A DNA stretch of 62,534 nt, counting the filler, from Stramenopiles sp. TOSAG23-3 (lineage: Eukaryota): the NCBI GenBank assembly GCA_900128585.1. It is 15 parts of 15 records of this genome, joined end to end, with 100 filler letters (N's around TTAATTAATTAA, not from the genome) between each part and the next. Parts side by side here need not be neighbours in the genome. Positions count along the whole stretch, not along the records: positions 41,844 to 45,911 come from LT643966.1; positions 46,012 to 50,070 come from LT643967.1; positions 50,171 to 54,226 come from LT643968.1; 12 more parts are not named here. The stretch is one strand, 5' to 3'. Of the stretch, positions 43,780 through 52,076 are shown piece by piece (positions within the stretch are counted from its first letter, which is position 1; each line of letters begins with the position of its first letter). Under the pieces are notes generated by a model. The model saw only the letters and a program-made list of their open reading frames with translations. It had not been told where the DNA came from and searched no databases. Position numbers and translations under genes: made by a program.

Positions 43780-43985
43780 AAAAAAGAGAGGTTTCTGTAC
43801 TTAGATTCTTAGCATGTTTGCGCCAGGAGAATATTGTAAGCTTACGAGATTAAATTATATTTTACTTATAACCCAGAACGCGTATTTTGTTACTTCGTAT
43901 AGTATTTTACGCGACAGACAACGAGGCAGCTCTACACGAACGTCCCTATAACCCTTCCCTAAAAGTACCAACCTTTTAATTAACG

Positions 43986-44005
43986 AAAAATTGGCTGTTA
44001 TTTAA
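43986..44005 (+). repeat. TTGGCTG element core copy between the convergent DUF350 genes
   Basis: aaaaattggctgttatttaa. Confidence 0.85.
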
Positions 44006-44136
44006 TTTATGTATGATATAATTAGTTCTTCTTATTATAAAAGTAGAATCTTGATTTTTAATTTTTAAATTAAGAAAACCTGTTTTAATGAACACGCACA
44101 TGTTTGAAATTATTACGTTCGCGCCCGGAACGTTCC

Positions 44137-45486
44137 TCAGGGAAGTTGACGAAAATATGCTTCGTACGCGTTCCGCGCAGGGGTACCTGGGCACGGGATG
44201 TCCGGCAGCAGCGTATCCAGCATGAACGCGGTCACGATCAAGATGACGCCGCTGATCAGGGGCATGCCCCAGTTGCGGTCGTCTTCGATTTCCTTGTTGA
44301 TGTTTCCTGGCAAAATGAGACGATCCAAAAGTTGCCCGAAGAGAAACAGAAATATGGCAGCCAGGCCGAAGAACAAGAAAAACGTGGCTACCTCTTCGCT
44401 CTTTTTTAGAGGCGTGGACGTCAAAAGGGCCAGAGCGATAAGGTTCGATGCGAAACGGATGCCGGCCGCTGCGTTGCCCTTGCGAGCCTCCGCTTGGTCG
44501 TCGTACGGCGTAAGCAGTTGGAACAGGACTGAAAAGAGAATCATGCACACTTGGCCCAACGTGAAGAAAAGGGCAGCCGCCGCAACGCTCTCTGCGAACC
44601 CGCGGCCAGGGCCACTCAGCACAGCTCGCACGTTCAACGACGTCGCTATGAACGCTCCGGCTTCCGTTATCCCCACGCACAAGTTTCCCTTTAAAAGCTC
44701 CTTCTGGTTGTACAGGCCGAACAGCAAGATTTTGTTTTGAATGAAGTAGTTCAACGACAACAGAAAGACGCCAATGAGGCTCCAAACCAGTGTTTCGTAG
44801 CAGCTCGTGAGTGGGTCGTCGCTCGGGTCGTTCAGCATCCGTGGCCCAGAAAGAACGATGCAAAGCGCCAACACGAACCCAGAGTAACTTATCGAGAACG
44901 CTTTGTTGTCCGCGTCGACCAGTTCGTAGTCAATGCCGCGCCACGTCGGCGTGTAGTCTCTTAACAGCGGGGAATCCTCCCGCTCCGAGCCGTCCGGGGC
45001 AAGGTTAAGGCTCACCAACTCTACCCCGGCTGGGGCGGGGGCAACAACTGCGTCGGCAGACACGGTGGCAACGGCGACTCTCTTCTCCTCCACACTCTTT
45101 GCCCGGTCTCTTTCGGCTTTTGCAGCTGCGGCCACGTCCAAGAGACCAGCCTTCTGCTTCGAAACAACCTTATTGATGGACACGATCTTTTTCATGACGC
45201 CCTTCAGCCTGTTCATTCTCCTCTGTTTCCGGACCGCGATCCTATTCTGCTTTCTTGCGTTCTCCGCAGCTTTCTCCTTCTTTCGTATGCCCTTGGTGGC
45301 TTTGTTGTAGTACCGAAACGGGATGGAAAAGTACACTCCAGAACCATATACTACAAAGACTATGAAGGCCGTCAGGACAATGTTCGCCCAATTGATGAAT
45401 GGGTACGTGATGAAGACGGTGTCGGACAGCCGCTCACCAAACGCCGGCCACTGGCAGGCGTCGTCATAACGTTCGCAGGTGCTCAT
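44137..45486 (-). CDS. DUF350-repeat multi-pass membrane protein, paralog B (long basic insert after TM1)
   Basis: ELVDADNKAFSISYSGF, KELLKGNLCVGITEAG, YDDQAEARKGNAAAGI and INKEIEDDRNWG, collinear with paralog A. Confidence 0.8.
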   Translation of the reverse strand: MSTCERYDDACQWPAFGERLSDTVFITYPFINWANIVLTAFIVFVVYGSGVYFSIPFRYYNKATKGIRKKEKAAENARKQNRIAVRKQRRMNRLKGVMKKIVSINKVVSKQKAGLLDVAAAAKAERDRAKSVEEKRVAVATVSADAVVAPAPAGVELVSLNLAPDGSEREDSPLLRDYTPTWRGIDYELVDADNKAFSISYSGFVLALCIVLSGPRMLNDPSDDPLTSCYETLVWSLIGVFLLSLNYFIQNKILLFGLYNQKELLKGNLCVGITEAGAFIATSLNVRAVLSGPGRGFAESVAAAALFFTLGQVCMILFSVLFQLLTPYDDQAEARKGNAAAGIRFASNLIALALLTSTPLKKSEEVATFFLFFGLAAIFLFLFGQLLDRLILPGNINKEIEDDRNWGMPLISGVILIVTAFMLDTLLPDIPCPGTPARNAYEAYFRQLP

Positions 45487-45832
45487 ATCAAATGCAAGAC
45501 GTCGTTTGTAGTTTGGTTTCTTTCTTTTTTAGTTCCCCTCTATTTTCCTATACAAATTATTCTCTTAAATGTTTCCTCTCATCAACCATTTTGTATACTA
45601 AATACATTTCATACATCCATCGTCAATTTGCACTGTACCTTCTTTCTCTTCTTCCTCCTCTACAGACGTTTGGGATTATTTACTATTATACCTAGAAGTG
45701 TATTGTAAAAAATAATTATTAAAAAAATATTATTTATTTCTCTCCTCTCTAGTCTTATATCATCGGTTCTTATTTTTTTAGTTATTATTATAATAATAAA
45801 TAATAATAAATATTTCTTCAACTCTGCTGAGT

Positions 45833-45911
45833 AGAAGATGTGTGTGTGGGTGTGGTGTATGTGGTTATAGACGAGAGTAAATTGATGATGATTATATTCA
45901 CGATGATTAAT
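45833..45911 (-). repeat. 79-bp inverted repeat, right arm
   Basis: Exact reverse complement of 41844-41922. Confidence 0.95.
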
Positions 45912-46409
45912 NNNNNNNNNNNNNNNNNNNNNNNNNNNNNNNNNNNNNNNNNNNNTTAATTAATTAANNNNNNNNNNNNNNNNNNNNNNNNNNNNNNNNN
46001 NNNNNNNNNNNTTCTTCTTCTTCTTCTTCTTCTTCTTCTTCTTCTTCTTCTTCCTTCTTCTTCTTCTTCTTCTTCTTCTTCTTCTTCTTTTTTTCTCATA
46101 GAATATTATTATTATTATTATTCAAGGGTATTATACTGCTGTAGCTTATTAATTATTAATAAAATAATAAAATATCCGTTTTGTATTTTTTAAATAATTA
46201 TTTATACTGACACACTTTTTTTATGACATTTACATTTCATTTGTGTATTAATAGAAAATATGAGATGGTGGAATTGATAAAAATTATACATTTTTACTTG
46301 AACCTTGTGCTCATTCATTGGCAAGATTGATTGACACTTTTAATATAGATAATACTCATCTCAACGTTTGGTCATCGTACATGTGAGGGTTTAGTATAGA
46401 TAAATAGAC

Positions 46410-47144
46410 ATGCAGAAGAGGCGGTTGGAGCGTATGGAGAAGTACCCCTTGCTTCCGAAACTAGATCGTAAGGGGCGCCGAAAGAAAAAGCGTGGTCGAC
46501 TTCGGAAAGGTCACTGCGTGTGTGGTCGGCCTGCGGCAGGTAGCGACGGGTCGTGTGGGAAGAGCATCGGCTGCGTCCTAAAACTGTGTAAAATTAGGGC
46601 GCGAAGAAATGAAAAGCGAAAAGAAAAACAACACGCGAGGCTGAACCCACTAATAGAAGTCGAGAGGACGTACACCCCCATGGAAGACTTGCAGCGCAGG
46701 AACAAGTTTCAGAAAGGACTTCGAGCACACCTCGCATCGTTGAACGTGGAATTGGTCCGCCCGTTGAAAGTTTGCACGGGAATATTGCGGCCGGGCCAGT
46801 ACTGTATAACTTGCAAAACGGTGCACGTAGAAAGCTTAAAGCACAAGTGGAAGACAGGTAACCCCGCCTTGGACAACTATACTGCAAAGCACGATGCGGG
46901 CTACTCCGCGTTCAAAAGGGAAACGAATCAAGCTCAGTTTAGGGTGTTTGCGAAAGCTGCCAAACAATTACGAGAGCGAAGAAGGAGACGAGAGAAGAAA
47001 TTGGACCTTCCTAAGAATTATTTGTTGAGGGACTACTCTTTGGAAGGGGGGGGAAATGTTGATTTTGAAACACAACAAGCAGTCCTCGAGTCGTTTGAAA
47101 TTCAAGGAATGGATGCTTCTTCTTTTAATGCAAGGATCGATTGA
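46410..47144 (+). CDS. Basic hypothetical protein with Cys clusters
   Basis: 244-aa ATG ORF in a GC-rich island; HCVCG..SCG..GC..C and C.G..YCITC..H. Confidence 0.65.
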   Translation: MQKRRLERMEKYPLLPKLDRKGRRKKKRGRLRKGHCVCGRPAAGSDGSCGKSIGCVLKLCKIRARRNEKRKEKQHARLNPLIEVERTYTPMEDLQRRNKFQKGLRAHLASLNVELVRPLKVCTGILRPGQYCITCKTVHVESLKHKWKTGNPALDNYTAKHDAGYSAFKRETNQAQFRVFAKAAKQLRERRRRREKKLDLPKNYLLRDYSLEGGGNVDFETQQAVLESFEIQGMDASSFNARID

Positions 47145-47158
47145 TCACCCCCAGAAAG

Positions 47159-47394
47159 TTGTCTTCTCTGTAAAGGAACCCTGGCTCAAGTAGTTGGTCT
47201 GATGCGGGGTGTCGACCGACGAATGCGTCGCGGGGACGGTCAAAGCTGCGAGTGATTTAGGGTACGATTGCACTGTCGTTGAAGATGCTTGCTTGGCAGG
47301 GACACCGGAGCGGCACGGCGCGGCAATCGCCACCGTTCGCCGGTTTGCCAGCAAAGTACTGTCCGCACAGGAGTATTTGAGTGAATCGGTATGA
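47159..47394 (+). pseudogene. Isochorismatase/cysteine hydrolase C-terminal remnant
   Basis: K*LV*CGVSTDECVAGTVKAASDLGYDCTVVEDAC matches the family motif. In-frame TAG (47191) and TGA (47200); no N-terminal half. Confidence 0.75.
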
Positions 47395-47493
47395 TGACCT
47401 TTGGAAACGGAAAATAGCGCCTCCTCCGACTCGCTTTATTTTGAGAGGAGAGGAGTGCATCCTTATTATGAAATACGCTTAGAGTTTTATTTT

Positions 47494-47546
47494 AAAAACA
47501 AAATATTGGCTGTTATTTAAAGTAATTAAAATTTAGCTTCCTCGTA
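47494..47546 (+). repeat. Extended copy of the TTGGCTG element
   Basis: aaaaacaaaatattggctgttatttaaagtaattaaaatttagcttcctcgta, versus 5189-5240 aaaaacaagaaaattggctgttatttaagtaattaaatttagcttcgtcgta. Confidence 0.85.
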
Positions 47547-47666
47547 GTATTGTTTTAAAAATATACGAGTAAGTAAGAATTAAAAAAACAAAGTAGTAAG
47601 AATTAATAAGATTAAAAAGATAATTAATTTTTTTGGTCTCGACTGAATTAGTTTTCTTTTTCTGTC

Positions 47667-49889
47667 TCATGAAACGATTAAATCATCATCATCGACTGGA
47701 ATTGCTTCAGCAACTGCGAGTGGCATATTTGGAAATCCCTCCGATTCCCCAACAAACAAATCCTCTGCCCTTATTATAATTGGGGATGATGCCATTGGTG
47801 GTGCTGAGGGGGCTACTATTGGAGATGATGGCATTGGTGGTGCTGACGGTATTGGCATTTCGGTGTCCCTGGCTTGTGGTTCCAGAATTTGGATTGCAGA
47901 AAAGTTTCGAGGTCTTCGTGGAGGTCTTCTTTTAAAGCATTCTTGGCAAGCCCGTAAAGAGTTGATAGTGCCTTCGGTGCATGTATTACAAAGTAGTCGA
48001 CCGCAATATCGACAATGGTGGCGACGTTCAAATATATTAAATGCAGCTTTGCATTCCATACAAGCATTGTATGCATCGTCCGGTACCCACCGTTCGTCCG
48101 TTTCATCCATACATGGTATGGAGTCCCATTCCATAGAGTCTTCCCCGTGAGCGCTTTTCTCTTCTAAAGTCTCTTTCGTTGGCAGTAGTGGGGAAGAAGG
48201 TATGCTCTGGGGATTGGGAGTAGTGGTCATTTGTGGTGCGCTGGGAACAGGTAGGGGCGCAGAGATGGGTTTAGGCATCCCTTCATCCAAGTATCTATAA
48301 AGCGACAGCTTAAATTTTGAGCTGACGTCTGCAATGTTTTGCTTCCATTTTTCTGGCAATGACAAAGCTTGCATATCCACGAGTTCCAACTTTGTCAGAA
48401 GTGCGGGGATTATTTCAGCACTTGCAGTAGCGATTTGGGATTTGACATCCTCCAACATAGACAAAAGTTTGTCCAATAATTTTCTAGCCGTGTCGCTTTT
48501 GTCTTGCTCTGGACGTAATGTGGTTTCACGCTTCAAGGTAGCAGCCCTTATACTAGGACGCGATGCAGTTCGATGCGTCATTGCTGCAGGCACAGTCGCA
48601 CTACCACTACCCATAACGCCAAAATGTCTACGTTCCGTTTTTTTGAATTCTTCCAAGTCCATGTCCACCCTTTTTCCGAAGTTTTTGAATTCTTCCCATG
48701 CTGCATCGATTGCTCCAGTTTCATGTCTTTGTTCTTCCTCCTTCAATTCTTCCATGGTCATGCGGACTGTCCCTTCTCCCACTTTCTTCGGTGTGTAGTT
48801 ATCGAATTGCTCTTCTTCGGGGTTCTCTGCAAGGTTTTTATCATAACGCGAATGCGTAGAATTGTCGTTATCATTAGATAACCACTTATCCACATAGTCA
48901 GCCATGGACATCATTTGCGATTCGACCTCGCCCACCTCAAGCCAAACATCATCACGCTTTACTTGCTGCCCAGTATAGTGTATTCGATACTGCCTAATAA
49001 AGTCTGGAATATGCTCGTCGTAGCCAATATCCGTAATTTCAGCTTTTTGCCATTGTGGCTTCACGGCAGCCCTTTGCCACGTTCGACCTGCGCTTAATAC
49101 CATCACTTCCTGACCAATTTCAAACTCTTCAAATGGCCAAATGACTTTGGTTTTCAGGTCATCTTCTCTCCAATCGGCGCTTGAATGTGTTCCTAGAGGA
49201 GCGATTCGATCTGGTTCTGCTGCTATGTCAACCCAGATATTGTATTTGTTTGGATATCCCTCAAAACGAACAAAAATATCCCCCTCTCCAAAACAATCAA
49301 CAATTTCAGATGGCCTCCACTGCTCTTTTCTTACCCCAGTCTTCTGAGAGTTATACCTGTCTAAGATGTCAACTTTGTTCCCAATTGCTGATAAAACCCC
49401 ATAAAAGTCCATGTTCACTTTAAAACCTCCATGCGCTTGCATTCGAGAGGAGTTAAAATTGTTGTTTCTGCATGATACTTTACTTATACCGTCAAACGCG
49501 GTATTTCTTTCATGTGCATTTAGATTCATTGCAAGTCGCACTTGATGGCGACGATTGTAACCTCGTCGCCGTCGAGCTCTTGGGTTGGGTATGCGCTCAC
49601 TCCTAGCAAAAGCAGGGGACTTCCCTTCCTTTTCTCCCATGGGCGTTTTTTTCTTGGGTAACGCTTTTCCTCGTTTCTTTCTTGGCGTTAAGCAGTCGTC
49701 AGGATTTTCCTCGTTTTCTCCGTCGAAACTCTTCCCCCCTTCATTAAATAAACGTGCCAATCGCGTCTTAATTTCATTCCGATCACTTCTCGCCATGGTT
49801 AAAGCGCGGGAGGACGATTGCTCTAAAAGTTCTTCATCTGACGACAGCTCGCCCACCTTAGTGTCGTTCTTCAACACCATCATAGCCAT
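47667..49889 (-). CDS. FYVE zinc-finger protein with two Tudor/chromo-barrel-like domains
   Basis: FYVE: WVPD..CMEC..F..RRHHCRYCG..C..C..RACQEC. Tudor-like: IGNKVDILD..WRPSEIV..IFVRFEGYPNKYNIWV..RIAPLGTHS and IGQEVMVL..WQKAEI..YRIHYTG..DDVWL. Confidence 0.85.
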   Translation of the reverse strand: MAMMVLKNDTKVGELSSDEELLEQSSSRALTMARSDRNEIKTRLARLFNEGGKSFDGENEENPDDCLTPRKKRGKALPKKKTPMGEKEGKSPAFARSERIPNPRARRRRGYNRRHQVRLAMNLNAHERNTAFDGISKVSCRNNNFNSSRMQAHGGFKVNMDFYGVLSAIGNKVDILDRYNSQKTGVRKEQWRPSEIVDCFGEGDIFVRFEGYPNKYNIWVDIAAEPDRIAPLGTHSSADWREDDLKTKVIWPFEEFEIGQEVMVLSAGRTWQRAAVKPQWQKAEITDIGYDEHIPDFIRQYRIHYTGQQVKRDDVWLEVGEVESQMMSMADYVDKWLSNDNDNSTHSRYDKNLAENPEEEQFDNYTPKKVGEGTVRMTMEELKEEEQRHETGAIDAAWEEFKNFGKRVDMDLEEFKKTERRHFGVMGSGSATVPAAMTHRTASRPSIRAATLKRETTLRPEQDKSDTARKLLDKLLSMLEDVKSQIATASAEIIPALLTKLELVDMQALSLPEKWKQNIADVSSKFKLSLYRYLDEGMPKPISAPLPVPSAPQMTTTPNPQSIPSSPLLPTKETLEEKSAHGEDSMEWDSIPCMDETDERWVPDDAYNACMECKAAFNIFERRHHCRYCGRLLCNTCTEGTINSLRACQECFKRRPPRRPRNFSAIQILEPQARDTEMPIPSAPPMPSSPIVAPSAPPMASSPIIIRAEDLFVGESEGFPNMPLAVAEAIPVDDDDLIVS

Positions 49890-50172
49890 TTATATATTCT
49901 CTATACTTACACTTCTGAAAGTGTAAGTTTAACACAGCTGATCCTTTCCAATAAAAATTTCCATGAATTTCGTATCACTGCTGGTTTGTTTCTTTATTCT
50001 CACAACATGTTTACAAATTCTCATGATCAATTACTTCACAATAATGATCAACAATCCGAAGGAAGGGAGANNNNNNNNNNNNNNNNNNNNNNNNNNNNNN
50101 NNNNNNNNNNNNNNTTAATTAATTAANNNNNNNNNNNNNNNNNNNNNNNNNNNNNNNNNNNNNNNNNNNNGC

Positions 50173-51888
50173 ATGGCCGTGGACGCCCCGTCCCCCCTTT
50201 CGAACTCGCACCGGAAAAACACAACAGTGCAGCCGCCTTCTACAAATTCCTGTGGGATTTTGGAGAATCTCGTCTCCCTCTGGGAAAACGCGGACGACAA
50301 GCCGGCGTTCGTGCACCATCTTGCAAGGCGGCAAAGGGTGAGTGTCGATTACCGTGACGCGGTGTCGGATCTCCTATTGGACTACACCAGGCGCAAGGTG
50401 TCCCGGTTCATTTGGAGATTGAGTGCCGGAAATCGGTGCGCGCTGTGTCTCGAGGAGTGCAATGACGATACCATGGAAATGGCGCACGTGTTCAGAGACG
50501 GGCGGATGGAGCCAACCTACATCAGGGGGGTGACGAGTGTTGAGGCCAGGAGGGCATTCACTCGGGGGTACGGGCTGGAGCTCATGGAGAGCGGGAGGGT
50601 CGTCATGCTCTGTCCAAACTGTCATTGTCGGTACGACAGAGGTACTTCACAAATTTCAACCTCGGAACTTCGGGAAAGGGGAAGGCAGTTGTTCCAGCAG
50701 TACCATGGACTCGGAAAGAGAATGGAAAAAATGGAAAATTGTTTGCTGGTCGAGGAAGGCTTCGGGCGGCCGCAGTTTCGCAAGCTCTGCAACGAGGTGG
50801 ACGAGCCGGTGCTTCCCACCCTGGAGCTCAAGTATACCCCACCGTCCGCCAGCCAAGAAGCGGCGTTGGACACTTTGGCACGGGTGAAAGGCCTGGATGC
50901 GGTCAAATGCGAGGCACTAGGTTGCAATGTTGTTGACTGCCTGGAGATCCACGGAGACACCGTCCGGCACGGACAACTGTACAATCGCCCGGTGCAGCTT
51001 CTCCCGTCCAAAAGGCTCATCTTTCTAAGATCGGACCAGATGTCACTCAAGCTGACAACATTGGTGTGGAAAGAGGACGGTTCGCTGGAAGAGGGGGTGG
51101 CAATTGATGCCAACGAAGCACGGAGGGTGTTTCAAGGTAATGCTGAATTCAAGGGGCAACCAGTGTACAGGTGTGGTGCATTGTGTAGGTTGGTCGCTAG
51201 TGGCCTCTTGGCGCCTGGGCAGCTGGCTACGATGGGAATCCTTTGCCGGCACCACAACCTGGCAGTCGAGCGTTCATTGGATCGGGTGCGAGAGGAGCGA
51301 CGAAGGGCTTTTGCTGCAGCCTACAGGGTGGAATCTAGGAAGGCAAAGCTTCAGCCAAGAAGCGTGAAAGAAGAGCGGATCGAACTCTTCATGAGAACCC
51401 ATTCGCGTGAGGAGTTCTGTTTTTACACTGCCGTCGACGAGGTTCAGCTCCGGTTGCTGGCATTGGATCACTTTGCAGAGGAAGGCGAGGCCGCGGTGGC
51501 GGACCTTCGCGTCTTGCTCACCAACGACGGTAAACATTCCTCGCTCAAAGGAGCGGTCAACCGAGGAAACTCCAGGGACGCGGCAATGCTGCTGTTTAGT
51601 TCGAGCACCAAGAACCTGAGAAACTGCAATCACCGGCGCGAGAGAGGGGGCAATGGCGAGTGGATTCTGGTTGAGAGAGGCGGCGCGGCCAAGGGAAAGT
51701 GGATCGCCAGAGTGTACATAAGGGCCAACACGGGAAATCTCGAATGCGCCGACTGTTCGTCTGAAAAGCAACTTGCAAGGCAGCGAAAACGTGAGATGGA
51801 TGGGACGAAACGAAAGCGCCGGCGCACGGGATGGGACGACGAGGTAATGGCGTTGAAGAGGGTCCACATCGGGCATGGAAATCAATAG
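50173..51888 (+). CDS. Protein with an HNH-type (treble-clef) endonuclease motif and a second degenerate HNH-like unit; possibly 5' truncated
   Basis: RCALC..EMAHV...MLCPNCHCRYD; KCEALGC..LEIH...ILCRHHN. Confidence 0.6.
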   Translation: MAVDAPSPLSNSHRKNTTVQPPSTNSCGILENLVSLWENADDKPAFVHHLARRQRVSVDYRDAVSDLLLDYTRRKVSRFIWRLSAGNRCALCLEECNDDTMEMAHVFRDGRMEPTYIRGVTSVEARRAFTRGYGLELMESGRVVMLCPNCHCRYDRGTSQISTSELRERGRQLFQQYHGLGKRMEKMENCLLVEEGFGRPQFRKLCNEVDEPVLPTLELKYTPPSASQEAALDTLARVKGLDAVKCEALGCNVVDCLEIHGDTVRHGQLYNRPVQLLPSKRLIFLRSDQMSLKLTTLVWKEDGSLEEGVAIDANEARRVFQGNAEFKGQPVYRCGALCRLVASGLLAPGQLATMGILCRHHNLAVERSLDRVREERRRAFAAAYRVESRKAKLQPRSVKEERIELFMRTHSREEFCFYTAVDEVQLRLLALDHFAEEGEAAVADLRVLLTNDGKHSSLKGAVNRGNSRDAAMLLFSSSTKNLRNCNHRRERGGNGEWILVERGGAAKGKWIARVYIRANTGNLECADCSSEKQLARQRKREMDGTKRKRRRTGWDDEVMALKRVHIGHGNQ

Positions 51889-52076
51889 GTTGTCTTACCT
51901 ACCGAACGTTTTGCGAAACGCATTTACTGCTGGGTGAGAGTCCCCCCAACGACGGAGGAAACTGGCGTCGTTCGTTCGTTCAAGACAAGCGCATTTAAAC
52001 AATAAAATACAGAATTAGGTATACAAAATATTTTGTTTTTAAGAAATCTAGCACGAACTTCGTCGAGAAGAACAGC

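Noticed and set aside
47191..47202. In-frame TAG/TGA in the isochorismatase suggesting stop-codon reassignment
   Set aside because: TAA, TAG and TGA all end intact genes here, and long conserved ORFs contain no internal stops; a pseudogene explains it.
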